A stretch of DNA of 64,000 nt from a virus (IMGVR_UViG_3300023184_004591:1-64000); one strand, 5' to 3'; shown: positions 1 through 12,300, counted from the first letter of the stretch. The notes: generated by a model not told the origin, from the sequence alone. Program-made: numbers and translations.

Positions 1-2218
1 ATGAGGTAATCTTTGACAATGTTGGGTTTGACATATAGATATTCATTGATTGTGATTGATCAATAAATGGTGCTCTGTCTGCCGCCATGTTGATAAGTTC
101 TTTTTGTGAGATCTCCCAAATAGTTTTATACTTAGGGATTAAATGCTCAATTCTTTTAACTTTCTTATTATAATGTTTGTCCTCAGGATCTAAGTAATTA
201 TTGAAATTAATGTTTTGGATTGAACCTTCATTCATAATAATTTCATTCTTTAAATCTTCAGACCATATACCAATTTTCTCAAAGTCCGCAATTAAGTATT
301 TGTTCACAATCATAATCTCACCCCCAACAACTCTTCTGTTAAATAACGCCGAGTGAGCCGGTTCGGTCATTTCAAATGATCCTGTAATTTTAGCCGAAGA
401 TGCGACAGGCATTTGTGCCGTGAATAATGAGTTACATACTCCATACTCTTTTACATCTTCTTTTAACTTATTCCAATCCCAATATCCTGACAAATCATTT
501 TCATTCAAATCCCACATATCAAATTGGAAAATACCTTTAGACATAGGTGATCCCTTGAAATGTTTGTACGGTTCGTGTTTACCGTTTTTACATAACTCAT
601 TACTTTCGTAGATTGCCCCATAATAAATGGTTTCAAAGATTTGTTTGTTCAAGATCTTTGCCTCTTCATCAGTAAAGATTAAGTCAAGTAAGTAGAATAC
701 ATCAGCTAAACCTTGTGTTCCGATAGCAATTGCACGTTGTTCTAAACCACCTTTCAATCCTTTTTGTGTTGAGTAATTATTAATATTTACAACTTTATTT
801 AAAGTTCTAACTACTTTTCTTACTTCATTAAACAACAATTGGAAATCAAATTTACCATTCGTAATGAAGTTTTTAAGAACAATTGAAGATAATGTACATA
901 TTGCAGTAGTTTCCTCATCTGTGTATTGGTAAATCTCATTACAAAGGTTAGATTGTTTAATTACTCCGATGTTTTGGTGGTTAGTCTTTCTGTTTGCACT
1001 ATCTTTAGAACATAAGTAAGGAATACCCGTTTCAACTTGTGATTCGATAATTTTAGACCAAATGTCTTGTGCTTTAACTTTTTTACCTAAACCTAAAGAA
1101 ACCGCCTTATTGTAATTTTCTTCATACTCATCACCAAACGATTCTTGTAATGGTTTGATACCTGCAGTGATAATATCGTTAGGGCAGAATAAATACCATT
1201 CAGTATTATCTTTCACCGCTCTCATGAAATTATCAGGAATCCAAAGTGCCGTAAATAAATCACGAGCTCTTAATTCTTCCGCACCTGTGTTCTTCTTAAT
1301 GTCTAACAAATCAAAGATATCTTTATGCCAAGGTTCAAGATAGATTGCCGCAGATCCTGGTCTACGACCTTGTTGATTAAAGAATCTTAATGACTCATTT
1401 ACTATTTTAAGGTATTTCAACAAACCACCCGCATATCCACCTGAACTTGAGATTCTACTTTCTTTACTTCTAATGTTTGACATTGATAATCCAATTCCTG
1501 CGGCATCTGAAGAATAAGTTGATATATCGGTTAATGTATTTAACAATCCATTTCTTGAATCTGAATTATTATAGTGTAACACACAAGATGCTAATTGAGG
1601 TACTTTTGTACCAGCATTAATCATAATTGGTGTTGCCTTAGAAATAAGTTGATTAGATAATGATTTATAGTATTCAACCGCATCAACAAAGTTATCTGTA
1701 ACCCATAATGCAACTCTCATGTACATATGTTGTGGTCTTTCAACTACAACGCCATTAGGTCGTTTTAATAGGTACATTTCCTGTAATGATCTCCAAGCAA
1801 AATAATCGAAATTATAATCGTTTTCATGGTTAATTACCGCATCAATAGAATCTTCACCATATTCTTTAATCGTTTCAACCAATTTTTCATTGATGATACC
1901 ATCACTGAATAACAAATTCATAGTCTCAGAAAAACTTGGATTTGTTTCTTTATGGTATGAAGAAATCGCAACTGAAGACGCTAATCTTGAATAGTCGTGG
2001 TGACTTCCAGTGTATGATGCAGCAATCTCATAGATTAATTTATCCAATTCCTTTGTTGTTATAACACCTTCAGTAGGTACTGAAGTAATAACCTTAATGA
2101 AAATCTCGTCTGAATTAACATTCAAACCTTTTGCTGATCGTTTAACACGATTGTAAATTTTTTGTGGGTTAAACGTTACATTTTCCCCATCTCGTTTTAA
2201 TATTTTAAGTGACATCAT
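1..2218 (-). CDS. nrdA: Ribonucleotide reductase class Ia alpha subunit with N-terminal ATP cone (runs off the left edge of the window)
   Basis: Not in the ORF track. Manual translation gives MMSLKILKRDGENVTFNPQKIYNRVKRSA (ATP cone), PQLASCVL, QSNLCNEIYQ (catalytic NLCxE) and AQMPVASSA. It lies next to nrdB. Confidence 0.95.
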   Translation of the reverse strand, partial: MMSLKILKRDGENVTFNPQKIYNRVKRSAKGLNVNSDEIFIKVITSVPTEGVITTKELDKLIYEIAASYTGSHHDYSRLASSVAISSYHKETNPSFSETMNLLFSDGIINEKLVETIKEYGEDSIDAVINHENDYNFDYFAWRSLQEMYLLKRPNGVVVERPQHMYMRVALWVTDNFVDAVEYYKSLSNQLISKATPIMINAGTKVPQLASCVLHYNNSDSRNGLLNTLTDISTYSSDAAGIGLSMSNIRSKESRISSSGGYAGGLLKYLKIVNESLRFFNQQGRRPGSAAIYLEPWHKDIFDLLDIKKNTGAEELRARDLFTALWIPDNFMRAVKDNTEWYLFCPNDIITAGIKPLQESFGDEYEENYNKAVSLGLGKKVKAQDIWSKIIESQVETGIPYLCSKDSANRKTNHQNIGVIKQSNLCNEIYQYTDEETTAICTLSSIVLKNFITNGKFDFQLLFNEVRKVVRTLNKVVNINNYSTQKGLKGGLEQRAIAIGTQGLADVFYLLDLIFTDEEAKILNKQIFETIYYGAIYESNELCKNGKHEPYKHFKGSPMSKGIFQFDMWDLNENDLSGYWDWNKLKEDVKEYGVCNSLFTAQMPVASSAKITGSFEMTEPAHSALFNRRVVGGEIMIVNKYLIADFEKIGIWSEDLKNEIIMNEGSIQNINFNNYLDPEDKHYNKKVKRIEHLIPKYKTIWEISQKELINMAADRAPFIDQSQSMNIYMSNPTLSKITS

Positions 2219-2231
2219 AATTTTTTAATAT

Positions 2232-3179
2232 TTAAAAATCTTCCTCAAACGTAATCGTTTCATTCAATTTTGCTTTTTGGTATTCCATTGTTCTTGATTC
2301 AAAGAAATTACCTTTTGTTTCAACCGCAATCTGTTCCATGAATTTAAATGGTTGTTCAACATTAAATTCTTTACTACATCCAAATTTAAGTAAAAGACCA
2401 TCAACAACAAACTCTAAATATTGTTTCATTAAGTTTGAGTTCATCCCAATTAATGACACAGGTAATGACTCGGTAATGAATTCTTTTTCAATTTCTAAAG
2501 CCGATAACAAAATTTCTTTAATTCTTTTTTCAGATGGTTTTTCCTCACAATGGTTGTTTAATAAGTGAATTGCAAAATCACAATGTAAGTTTTCATCTTT
2601 AAAGATGAGTGAGTTTGCATTACACAACCCTTGCATTATTCCTCTTGATTTCATCCAAAAGATTGAACAGAATGATCCTGAAAAGAATATACCTTCAACC
2701 GCCGCAAACGCAACTAATCTCTCTTGGAATGACCCGTTATCGATCCAATCAAGTGCCCATGTGGCTTTTTTCTTAACCGCCGGTAAGTTCTCAATCGCAT
2801 TAAAACATTCGTCTTTTTCTTTTGGGTTACTAATGTACGTATCAATCAATAACGAATACATTAATGAGTGAATGTTTTCCATTGCCAACTGAAATCCGTA
2901 GAAAAACTTTGCTTCAGGATATTGTACTTCACGATAGAAGTTTTCCGCCAAATTTTCATTTACGATTCCATCAGATGCCGCAAAAAATGATAATACATTC
3001 TTCACGAAAAACTTTTCATTATCTGTTAATTTTTCCCAATCACGAATATCATTCGTCAAATCCACTTCTTCAGCCGTCCAAAACGCCGCCTGATGCATTT
3101 TATAATATTCCCAAATATCGTTGTGCTCAATCGGGAAGATAACAAACCTATTAGGGTTTTCCTTCAATATTTTTTCCAT
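2232..3179 (-). CDS. nrdB: Ribonucleotide reductase class Ia beta subunit
   Basis: Motifs [41 protein letters not shown] and the C-terminal NFFE..EYQK. Confidence 0.97.
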   Translation of the reverse strand: MEKILKENPNRFVIFPIEHNDIWEYYKMHQAAFWTAEEVDLTNDIRDWEKLTDNEKFFVKNVLSFFAASDGIVNENLAENFYREVQYPEAKFFYGFQLAMENIHSLMYSLLIDTYISNPKEKDECFNAIENLPAVKKKATWALDWIDNGSFQERLVAFAAVEGIFFSGSFCSIFWMKSRGIMQGLCNANSLIFKDENLHCDFAIHLLNNHCEEKPSEKRIKEILLSALEIEKEFITESLPVSLIGMNSNLMKQYLEFVVDGLLLKFGCSKEFNVEQPFKFMEQIAVETKGNFFESRTMEYQKAKLNETITFEEDF

Positions 3180-3192
3180 CTTTTTCTTAAAA

Positions 3193-4584
3193 TTAATTAG
3201 TTTTTGTTTCGTCTTTTTGTCTTTGTTGTCTTTTTTCTAACAACTCTTTGACTCTTAATCGTTGTCTTTCTTCTTTTTGTTCTTCAATACCTAAGAAAGT
3301 CATAGAACTCTCGGTGTCAATGTCTAACATCGCATTATCAAATTTACAATTCTCAAATACAACTCCGTCATCACCAACCCTTGATTTTGTAATTGCTATT
3401 GTAGCCAATTTCATTTCTTTTTGTTGGAGTGTTTTTGCCACTGTAATAATAACGTGACCAACTTGTGCCTTTTTAATTGACCCCCCCATTTGATCAGTTG
3501 TTACAACCTCAGAAGAAATAGAACTTCTATTACCTTGTGTTGCGGTCCATCCAACTAAATCCATTTCGTGACACATTGCTTCAAATGCTCTCATTACAGA
3601 CCCTTCACTCTTCCATTCATCACCTAAATTCTTATCAGGAACAACACAGTCAATGTAATCAAGTAATACCATATCAATCTTAGTTCCATCTGCAACCATC
3701 TTTCTAATCTGATTCTTAATCTGTGACATAGTAACCGTATCAGACGGTAATTTATTCATGATTAATTTGTTAGACATAGATTCCTCAATATTCTTAACTG
3801 TTTGAATAACCTCATCTCTTTTTTCAGACAATTCGTCAGGATGTATCTTAGTCCAAAGTGTGTAATGTTTTCTTTGGATTACTTTAGGGTTGTCCTCAAA
3901 AAAGATCTGAAGTACGTTGTTCCCTAAGTTAAATGCGTGGTTAGCAATTTTAGTTAAGATCGTGGATTTACCTACACCTGTTGGTGCTAAAATAACACCA
4001 ATCTCACCTTTAGCCAAACCACCTTTTAATAGTCTATCGATTCCCGGTATTCCCATTGGGATTGGGTGTCTGTAATCATCGTCAAGGACCTGATCCATGT
4101 TAGAGAAGACATCCATTGAACTTGTGTCTTTAGCTCCCACTTGTAAAGCTCCCCTAACTAATTCTTCAAGGGTATCGTAGTTCTCAAATTCACCACCATC
4201 GATGATTTTTTGAGCCTTAGTCATAACCTTTTGTAGTTCTTGTTGTTTACAGAACTTTAACGCCTTTTCCTGTACGAATCCTACGCCATCGATAGGTGCG
4301 TCTTTAATTTTCTTGATTGTATCCAACACTATTTTGGATGCAATCTCTTGTTGTAATTCAGATTTGGTAATCTGTTCTAATGTCTCAAATGATGGTGTGT
4401 GATCGTATTTTGTATAATACTCTCTAATCATTTGGATAATTATTTTGAAGTACTTATTTTCAAAATAATTGTTTTCAATCACATCAATAATTGAATGTGA
4501 AAATTCCTTATCTAAGATAATTTGATTAAGTAATTGTAATTGGAATGTGTTTCCTAGATACTCAAAGTTTTTGTTTGTCGCCAT
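3193..4584 (-). CDS. Replicative DNA helicase, DnaB/T4 gp41-like
   Basis: Walker A APTGVGKS, Walker B VLLDYID, and the SF4 motif WTATQGNR. Confidence 0.92.
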   Translation of the reverse strand: MATNKNFEYLGNTFQLQLLNQIILDKEFSHSIIDVIENNYFENKYFKIIIQMIREYYTKYDHTPSFETLEQITKSELQQEIASKIVLDTIKKIKDAPIDGVGFVQEKALKFCKQQELQKVMTKAQKIIDGGEFENYDTLEELVRGALQVGAKDTSSMDVFSNMDQVLDDDYRHPIPMGIPGIDRLLKGGLAKGEIGVILAPTGVGKSTILTKIANHAFNLGNNVLQIFFEDNPKVIQRKHYTLWTKIHPDELSEKRDEVIQTVKNIEESMSNKLIMNKLPSDTVTMSQIKNQIRKMVADGTKIDMVLLDYIDCVVPDKNLGDEWKSEGSVMRAFEAMCHEMDLVGWTATQGNRSSISSEVVTTDQMGGSIKKAQVGHVIITVAKTLQQKEMKLATIAITKSRVGDDGVVFENCKFDNAMLDIDTESSMTFLGIEEQKEERQRLRVKELLEKRQQRQKDETKTN

Positions 4585-4616
4585 AATTTTCCTTCTGTTA
4601 GTAAAGATAAATACTA

Positions 4617-5066
4617 TTACTTTTGGATAAATTCAGGGTAGAAATAATTAAAATTATTACCTGAAAAAATGTCAGTCAGGCCGTTTAGTATACCTTTTAA
4701 CTTTGGGCGTAGGTCTACGGTGTATCTTACCTTTGGCGGGTACACTTTAGCATCAAACCTTCTCTGACAAATTGTCAGGTCCCCAACCTTAATATAAAGG
4801 TTAAAATTTTCATCACCGTCAGTAATTGACGTATTTAAAATCTCTGGATTCTCAGAAATTTCGTATTTGTTGTCTAACATATAGACCACTGAACGCATTT
4901 TTAAATCATATTGTAACTCACGACATAACATATCGATATGGTCGTAAAATTCCTCAGATTTGTGTGCATTTTTGTTAAATCCTTTAACATTAAAAAAACG
5001 TTGTACTACAATGTTATCATTACACATTAATAGGAATTCAACTTTTGTTACATCTTGATCTCTCAT
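4617..5066 (-). CDS. Hypothetical protein in the replication cluster
   Basis: 149-aa ORF, co-oriented and tightly packed with its neighbours. Confidence 0.75.
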   Translation of the reverse strand: MRDQDVTKVEFLLMCNDNIVVQRFFNVKGFNKNAHKSEEFYDHIDMLCRELQYDLKMRSVVYMLDNKYEISENPEILNTSITDGDENFNLYIKVGDLTICQRRFDAKVYPPKVRYTVDLRPKLKGILNGLTDIFSGNNFNYFYPEFIQK

Positions 5067-5086
5067 CTTGTTTTTGTTTTTGTTTT

Positions 5087-6097
5087 TTACTTTTTGTTTC
5101 TAAACTTTGTTTTTTCTTTTCTTGATAACTTTAAAAATGGTTTTATAAAATTAACCCAAGCATCATCTCCTTTTGGTAGGTATTTAAAGAACCCGTCGGA
5201 CATCATCATTCTAATTAGGTTTCTATGTCCTCTCCCATCGGGATCCATCGATTCAGAGTAATATTCCCTAACCATTTCTTTCCCCTCCTCATCAATTAAA
5301 GGTTCTGACAAATCTACAAGTATTTTATTGATTTTAAAAAAATCATCACCTATAACACCCTCTTTTGTTTTACCATTAAGTAAGTTTCCTAACACAACAT
5401 TTTTCTGTTGTTCTTTTAGTAGTAGTTTACCTTTTGTTAAAATATCGGTTAAAGATATTTCTGAATCAAGTATTTCAGGGAAAAACTTAATTAAAGTTTT
5501 CTCACCCATTAAACTTATTCCATCAATGTTATCTGAAGTATCACCAGCAAGGATCTTAAATGTCATTACATTATAATGAGGAATTGAACAATCTTTAAAC
5601 TTAATTTTGTCCCCAAACTTAAAGTATTGTTTTGCTTGTGGAGAATAGATTGATACCTTTTCTGATATTAATTGAGTTAGGTCTTTATCACTTGAGAATA
5701 TCGTTTTCTCTTCATCTAAAGAGATTTGACAATAATATGCTATAAGATCATCGGCTTCCGAATTTTCTATCTCTAATTGTCTTATAAACATCTCCTCAAG
5801 ATATTGTTTAACCCTTGTTTTTTGTTTGTTAAATGAATCGGTCTTCTCCTCATTATCAGGGGAAGACTTTCGATTCATTTTATATTTAGGGTATAGTAAT
5901 TTTCTTTGAGATGAATTTGTATCGCTATCCCAAAAGACCATAACTTTGTTAAAGTTAGTTTCTTCTAAAAATTTACGGATTGTGTTAAGAAAATGCCAAG
6001 TCCCACCAATGTGTTCCCCATTATTATAGAAATCCTTAACTCCGTGAAATCCAATTTTTAATAAGTTGTTACCATCAACAATAAGTGTTTTGGTCAT
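5087..6097 (-). CDS. 5'-3' exonuclease / flap endonuclease (T4 RNase H / PolI N-terminal-like)
   Basis: Motifs LIVDGNNL, YKMNR, EADDLIA, SSDKDLTQL and LAGDTSDNIDGI. Confidence 0.93.
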   Translation of the reverse strand: MTKTLIVDGNNLLKIGFHGVKDFYNNGEHIGGTWHFLNTIRKFLEETNFNKVMVFWDSDTNSSQRKLLYPKYKMNRKSSPDNEEKTDSFNKQKTRVKQYLEEMFIRQLEIENSEADDLIAYYCQISLDEEKTIFSSDKDLTQLISEKVSIYSPQAKQYFKFGDKIKFKDCSIPHYNVMTFKILAGDTSDNIDGISLMGEKTLIKFFPEILDSEISLTDILTKGKLLLKEQQKNVVLGNLLNGKTKEGVIGDDFFKINKILVDLSEPLIDEEGKEMVREYYSESMDPDGRGHRNLIRMMMSDGFFKYLPKGDDAWVNFIKPFLKLSRKEKTKFRNKK

Positions 6098-6128
6098 TTA
6101 ATTTTTTTAAGTCGTTTGTAAATACTTT

Positions 6129-7112
6129 TTACTCGTCAGAGTCATCATCAGATTCATCCAAAGAATAATCTGAATACCCCAATTTTGTTTCCCAATAATC
6201 TGAATATTCTTTCTTATAGTTATCCAAAGATTCTTTTGTGTCTTCAATATAACCTTGTGGTACCGCAATGATCTTACCATCTTTATACCCAAGACCATTA
6301 ACGTGATTCTTTAATATTGATATCTTAGTTCTAATTGCAAACGATACTTTTCTACCGTTCTTAGTTGCATCAATGTGACTAATACCTGCTTTCTTTTGAT
6401 TACCAAATAAGAACACTAATGATGATGCCAACCATATCGCTTCACCACCTTTAGCCTTGATTTCAGGTTGACCAAATGGATTATCGGGAAGTAATACCCA
6501 AGGCTGATTTAAAATAACCAAAGTGTTGTAATATGGGTACTCTTCTTTTTTAGATTTTGAAATCCTTGAGTGGATCCCCATACCAATTTTATCTGCCAAT
6601 ACTTTTGCATTGTGCATTCCACCACCTTTACCATCAAAAGTCATCTGACAAGGTATACTACCAATACTATCCCATAAAAATAACAAGCTATAAGGGATGT
6701 CACCTTTTTCTTGAGCATCAAGAATATCATTGATGAATTCCGTCGCTTGTTCTATTACATCAAATGAATCGTTAAATATAAACATACCGTCATATTCACC
6801 AAGTTCATTTTTTTCAGCTTGTAATCCTAATTCAATAGCGTGTTCCCAAGACCACTTTTTCTCAGTAATAATAAGAATAGGTAAGTGACCTTTTTTCTGA
6901 GCATCTGCCGCTGCGAGGATCATTGCCGTTGTTTTTGAAGTATTCGAGTGACCCAAAAACATATTTATACCTCCCATAATAGGTCCAGGTAATCCAGACG
7001 ATCCCAAAAAAGCCTCACCACAATTATAAAAACTTTCAGGTTTGTATTTTGTTTTTGTTGAGTACTTACCTTTGATTGTTTCCAAAGATATTTCTCTTTT
7101 TCTTATTGCCAT
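6129..7112 (-). CDS. RecA/UvsX-like recombinase
   Basis: Degenerate Walker A GHSNTSKT, Walker B LFLWDSIG, ILNQ, KGGEA and KNHV; located in the replication cluster. Confidence 0.8.
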   Translation of the reverse strand: MAIRKREISLETIKGKYSTKTKYKPESFYNCGEAFLGSSGLPGPIMGGINMFLGHSNTSKTTAMILAAADAQKKGHLPILIITEKKWSWEHAIELGLQAEKNELGEYDGMFIFNDSFDVIEQATEFINDILDAQEKGDIPYSLLFLWDSIGSIPCQMTFDGKGGGMHNAKVLADKIGMGIHSRISKSKKEEYPYYNTLVILNQPWVLLPDNPFGQPEIKAKGGEAIWLASSLVFLFGNQKKAGISHIDATKNGRKVSFAIRTKISILKNHVNGLGYKDGKIIAVPQGYIEDTKESLDNYKKEYSDYWETKLGYSDYSLDESDDDSDE

Positions 7113-7113
7113 G

Positions 7114-7344
7114 TTATTGTGTAATTACTGAATTATACTTACGAATTTTTTCTAATGACTCAAGTTTATCTTGAGCATTTGCGAATTTTTCAACTAATTT
7201 ATCCATTTCTTCAAGGTGTTGTGGATGTTCTCCAATACCAACAGGTGAAGTTAAATAAACTAATAATGTTGCTTCCGCTTCAGCTATTTCGCTACGATAT
7301 TTTAAGGACAATGCCTCATACATTTTTTCTGCAATTTTGCTCAT
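7114..7344 (-). CDS. Small hypothetical protein (GIGEHP motif)
   Basis: Likely start at MSKIAEK (7344), downstream of the hairpin at 7362-7396; its stop abuts the uvsX-like start. Confidence 0.7.
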   Translation of the reverse strand: MSKIAEKMYEALSLKYRSEIAEAEATLLVYLTSPVGIGEHPQHLEEMDKLVEKFANAQDKLESLEKIRKYNSVITQ

Positions 7345-7361
7345 TTGTTTTGATTTTAAAA

Positions 7362-7396
7362 AACATAGACACTCAGTCATACCAAGTGTCTATGTT
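7362..7396 (-). terminator. Stem-loop after the SSB gene (terminator or RNA processing site)
   Basis: 12-bp perfect inverted repeat AACATAGACACT...AGTGTCTATGTT followed by a T-run on the minus strand. Confidence 0.6.
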
Positions 7397-7405
7397 AAAG
7401 TTTAA

Positions 7406-8269
7406 TTAGAATGGTAAATCTTCGTCCACCTCATTATTAGACTGAGGGTCAACTGTTTTACTTTCAGATTTTTTACTTCCACCCATAGAAATCTCTTCTT
7501 CTTGATTATTTGAGTAGATGTATTTTCCTGCGTCAGTGTCCCAACGTGGAGTTTCACCTCTTGCAATTGATTCAAGATATTCAACAGGTTTCTTAGAGTA
7601 TACGTCCTCCCAAGTCAACTCATCGTTGATCCATGTTGATGCTTGTTCAGCGTCTTCATGTGTTGGTGTCGGATCGTCGTACATAACAGTTTGGATAACC
7701 GTGTATGTTGCACCTTTTGGTGTCTTTGCCTTTGTAAGTTCAAGGATTAAGTCACGACCTGTATCTGAGTCAGTAACATCACCTTTTGCTTTCCAAATTG
7801 GAATAATTTTGTCAAGGATTCCTTCTTGTTTGTAATTGTGTTTAAATCTCCAAAATTTAACACCATCACTCTCGTTATCACGATCAACAACCTTAACGAT
7901 ATAAAACTTACGAGCTTTATATTGTGTTGCCAATTGTTTGTCGGATTCACGACCTGTTGACATTAACTCGTCATATACCTCATTCAAAGGTGAACGTTCG
8001 TTGTCATTTTTTCCTGGATCGTAGAACTTCTGCCATTTACCATCAACATTGATTTCGTGAAACCAAACTTCCTTAAAAGGAGATGATCCATCAGTTGTAG
8101 GTAAAATACGGATTGTTCGTTGACCTTGTTTTTCGTTATCCTTAAGGATTGCTGCGAAATACTTTTTCATTCTTTCTTCTTGTGTGAATTTTGAAGTGGA
8201 AGAAGAACCACTTTGTTTTGAACTCTCATACTGAGCCAAAACCGCATCTAAAACATTGTTTGTCGCCAT
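7406..8269 (-). CDS. Single-stranded DNA-binding protein, T4 gp32-like
   Basis: Motifs IRILP, FYIVKVVDR and GRDLIL, with an acidic C-terminus ending EVDEDLPF. Confidence 0.85.
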   Translation of the reverse strand: MATNNVLDAVLAQYESSKQSGSSSTSKFTQEERMKKYFAAILKDNEKQGQRTIRILPTTDGSSPFKEVWFHEINVDGKWQKFYDPGKNDNERSPLNEVYDELMSTGRESDKQLATQYKARKFYIVKVVDRDNESDGVKFWRFKHNYKQEGILDKIIPIWKAKGDVTDSDTGRDLILELTKAKTPKGATYTVIQTVMYDDPTPTHEDAEQASTWINDELTWEDVYSKKPVEYLESIARGETPRWDTDAGKYIYSNNQEEEISMGGSKKSESKTVDPQSNNEVDEDLPF

Positions 8270-8301
8270 TGTGTATATATTTATTAAAGGTTTACGTAGA
8301 A

Positions 8302-8330
8302 AATATAGTTATAAAAAGTAGGGTAGTCAA
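8302..8330 (-). promoter_or_regulatory. Sigma70-like promoter TTGACT-17-TATATT upstream of the replication operon
   Basis: Minus strand reads ttgact accctactttttataac tatatt, about 30 nt before the SSB start. Confidence 0.7.
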
Positions 8331-8344
8331 TAAGGTTTTTAAAA

Positions 8345-8374
8345 AAATTTGAGAGAGGGACACTGATGTCCCTC
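8345..8374 (-). terminator. Rho-independent terminator
   Basis: GAGGGACA-ctga-TGTCCCTC hairpin with a downstream T-tract on the minus strand, after the 8384 ORF. Confidence 0.65.
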
Positions 8375-8383
8375 CCAAAAGTA

Positions 8384-9073
8384 TTACATCATATTTGTGT
8401 CTTCGTCGTCATAATCGTTAAATGATGTTTCAATATCATTTGTTGAGTAATTATTAGCATCATCAGTTGTTAGAACATACTCATTTTTACCTGATTTTTC
8501 CATATCCTCTTCTTTATCTTCAAAGAAATCTGATAATTTTTGGTTAAATGGTCCTGAGTCTAAACTTCTTAATTCTAATTTTTCTTGTGGTGTTTTAGGT
8601 CTAAATTTATCAAACTTAGCCTCTAAGTTATTTATTGTTGTTACCAAACCGTCCATTTCACCTAATTTTTCCTCAAGAGTTTTTAATTGAGCAAATAAAT
8701 TATCGAAATATTCTTCTTGTTTTTGTTCCATATTTTTTTGACTTGTAACAAGATCTGTAACATCTAATTCTTCTTTGTTACCCTCTTCTTCACCTTCACC
8801 GCCAAGTTCCTCAACATCAGGATCGGTTGCAACATCGATAGGTGCTGCCGGTGGTATTGGGGCAACTGCGTTAGGGTCAGCGGGTGCCGCATTAGGATCA
8901 ACAGGAGCCGCAGGATCTACAGGTGGTGCCCCCGCAGCTGGATCAGGTGCTAACGCAGGATCCGCAGGTGGAGCTAAAGCAGGATCCAAAGCGGGATCAA
9001 CTTGTTCCATTATGTATTTGTTAATAGAATTAAATCTACTTATTTCGTTTAAAATTTTTTGATCTATTGCCAT
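8384..9073 (-). CDS. Hypothetical acidic protein with a Pro/Ala/Asp-rich linker and coiled coil (possibly virion or scaffold associated)
   Basis: DPA repeats followed by a coiled-coil-like stretch. Confidence 0.7.
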   Translation of the reverse strand: MAIDQKILNEISRFNSINKYIMEQVDPALDPALAPPADPALAPDPAAGAPPVDPAAPVDPNAAPADPNAVAPIPPAAPIDVATDPDVEELGGEGEEEGNKEELDVTDLVTSQKNMEQKQEEYFDNLFAQLKTLEEKLGEMDGLVTTINNLEAKFDKFRPKTPQEKLELRSLDSGPFNQKLSDFFEDKEEDMEKSGKNEYVLTTDDANNYSTNDIETSFNDYDDEDTNMM

Positions 9074-9075
9074 GA

Positions 9076-9300
9076 TTATCCGTTTAATAATTGTTTAATT
9101 CCCGATTTAGTTTCAACTTGGATTTTTTTAAATGTGTTCATAGTGTTATCAACTCTTTCAATCAATCCGTCTTTTATTCTTAGTGTATAACAATCTCCAG
9201 TGTCTAAGTCACAAACTTCTTTGTACCCATTACCTTTATCTTTTTCTGACACTCTTGTGTTTTTACCCAAGTAGTTGTCTAATATTAATTTTGTGTTCAT
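9076..9300 (-). CDS. Hypothetical protein
   Basis: Start at MNTKLILD, preceded by the TATTTAT motif. Confidence 0.7.
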   Translation of the reverse strand: MNTKLILDNYLGKNTRVSEKDKGNGYKEVCDLDTGDCYTLRIKDGLIERVDNTMNTFKKIQVETKSGIKQLLNG

Positions 9301-9338
9301 AATAGTTTTATTTATAAATATCTGGTTATTCAATAAAA

Positions 9339-12300
9339 TTAATTTAATGAATTATATAAATTCAATGCTTGTTTTGTTTTATTTTGTAATGTAGTCTTAT
9401 CTTGTTCAGTCATTTCGGTATAAACATTATCAGGTTGTACATTAGGATATTTAGTCACATATAATTTAACGATATCAACATCAAGTGGAAGACTGTTATT
9501 AATTAAAGACAATCTATCTTTAAATTTAGATATTGCAAAGTCAATAAATTTTTCATTAGAAATGAATGATACTATTGGGATATTTAAATTTGTTCCTCTT
9601 GATAAACAATAATATTTTTTATTTACCGATGACGCAAATTGAGATCCACCGTATGTTTCAGTTAAATTAATTGTACTATAATTATTTTCATATGCTTTCA
9701 TTCCACTTGACGATGCCGAATCCAAATATATAAATGAAAACAAATATAAAGATAATTGTATAAAAGTATCATTAAGTTTTGTCTCCCCATTTGTGGTGGT
9801 TGATTTTGCAATACCACTTGCAACAATTCTATCTTCAAGTAATTTTTTAAAGTCTTTAAACGAAATTTGAGTTGATGTTGGATTATCTAATGGTGTATAA
9901 CCAACATAACCACTATTAATTTTATTTGAACAATCTTGATTTTTAGTTATTGTGTCGGTACCTGTTACATTTGAAACTACATTATTTTTTTGGAATATGA
10001 CATTTTCACTTGAGGATTTTGTTTTCTCCTCGTTCGCTTTTACTTCTTCTTGTAATTTAGAAATTATATTTAAACTTAAGGATTGTATAAAACTATCAAT
10101 TTTAGGTAAACTATAAAAAGGTTGTCTTGTTCCTTTAAATGTTGTACTAAATTCACCTTCACTAATTTGATGGGTTACTGATGTAATCATATATGGTCCT
10201 GAGAACATAGGTATGTTTCTTACATTAAAATACATCATTGGTTGAATAAGAGCGTTACCCAACATATCCACAGAACATTCGTAACTTCTATTTCTATATA
10301 GATTATATAATGATACGTTTTGTGACCCAGTACTTCTGTTTCTACTTTGGTTAGCCATCTGATTTAACATTTCCAAAGATTCCGCAGTAGGTTTACCAAC
10401 GTCTTGACCAACACTAAAGTTTTTAAATATTTGTTGATTTTGATTACTAATATCTATATTAAATCCAACAACTTTATTTGATTTATCCCAATTCTTTTTG
10501 TTAGATTGACTCTCAACTAATGGATTGTCACTCGCTCTTCTAAGATCAAAAGCATCATCTCTAAATCTATAGTCAACATTATCTTTCATGTCCACATACT
10601 GACTAGGTTTGTTTGCATAATAACATAAAAACTTAGGTGATGTGTTTCTGTAATCCACATTTAAAAACGTACCCCAAAACGAATTCGCAAACTCAGTTGA
10701 TCCTTCACTTCTTGGAACGGGATTCTTTTCGGCATCTTGTGCGTTATAAAAATTAGCGTAAGCCGGTAATGGGAAATAAGTAAAATTATTTTGTGTCAAT
10801 ATTGTTGACACAATATCTAACATATTATTCTTATATAGTGATCCTTCAATTAAATCTTTAATTTTGAATATGTCAACATAAACTTTTTGTCCAACATCTC
10901 TACTTGCCCTATCAAATAATAGAACATCTTCAAACATTGTTTTTGATTTAAAGTCTCCTCCCGCAACCCAAGTATCGTTAAATGCCTTAAACGTTTCCCA
11001 CATTTCAACTCTTGTTTGTTCCCCCTCAAGTTGTGACTTATTACCTTTTTCACCCTCAATAGTAATGTTTGGTAATCCAGCCCTAACTCCTGTCATTAAA
11101 TTAGAAATAACATTTTTTAGATAAGTTTCAGATTTATCAAGGTATTCATCCATAAGACCATAAAACTTAACTCCATCCACACTATTACCTAAATTTTGAA
11201 CAATAGGAAGAGTAGTTGTAGTTGTTGTAACTTGCGAAGAAGTTATATTAACAGTGCTAACAATGTATTGAGGATCGGTAGGGGTTGATGATAAACCTGC
11301 ATTATATTGACTTATAATAATTGCATCAATAATAGGCGTATTTAATGGGTATAATGAAGCACTTACAGGTTGCCCTGTAAATAAAATTGTTCCTGTCGCA
11401 TCTTTATAAACACCATATTTTTGCGGACCAAATTTATAAACTGAAATTGTTTTAGTATCTTTAAGTGTCACAACCGTTAATAAATCACCAGGTGTTTGAG
11501 GACTTGGTACAGGTGTTGGAACAGGGTTTGGAATAACAACATTATTTGTTGGAATTTCAAAATTATTAAGTTTTTGTGTTGCATATAACATAATCAACGG
11601 AGCAAAATCTTTAATATTTTTTTCAGTAAACTGTACATTTAAATCAATAAAGAAGTCCGTAATGTACGATCCGTTATCTGAATACACTAATTGAGGTATC
11701 TCAGAAAATCCAACATACTTCTCTAACGCTTTCCATGTTTCAGGATTTGCAGTTTTAGATTGAGCTAACGTAGTAGTTCCACCATTTGACGGTAAACTTC
11801 CTGATGTTCCTTGACTATACCCTTGATATGACACGGGGTCAATTAGAAATTTAGTGGAGAATGTTAAGAATGTTCTTCTATCAAACATAGACGGGTTACC
11901 CATCTTTAATACAACATTATACTCCAAGAAATTAGTTAGTATTCCTTGAAATGTTGTTTTTTGTTTTTCAATAACAGAATTAATCATCCCCTCTGAATTA
12001 AGAGTTGACGGTTTTTCAACAACTAATAACTCTCTCATTAATAATTGGAAGTTCTTATATGACCTTTCAGATTCTGTTTCAACATCTTTGTCACTTGGGA
12101 CTAATGTTTTATAATCATAAATTGATCTACTAAAATTCAAGAATTCTTGTTCAAAATAATCTAATACTTCAGTATCAAATGTTGTAAACATTTCCGATAT
12201 TTTATCGTATTTTGTAATATCACCATTTAATGAGAAGTTCTGTTGTGTTTTTTTATCGTTAAGAATTTCTTTTAGATATGAATCAGGATTTGGTTTTGAG

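Noticed and set aside
4660-4780. Short inverted repeats (e.g. CTGACAAATTGTCAG) within the 149-aa ORF
   Set aside because: They are short and inside coding sequence, and cannot be told from chance without covariation data.
420-8269. Short ORFs overlapping nrdA, nrdB, the helicase, exonuclease and SSB (e.g. 420..611, 2338..2568, 7518..7835)
   Set aside because: They lie antisense or out of frame within well-supported genes and show no recognisable motifs.
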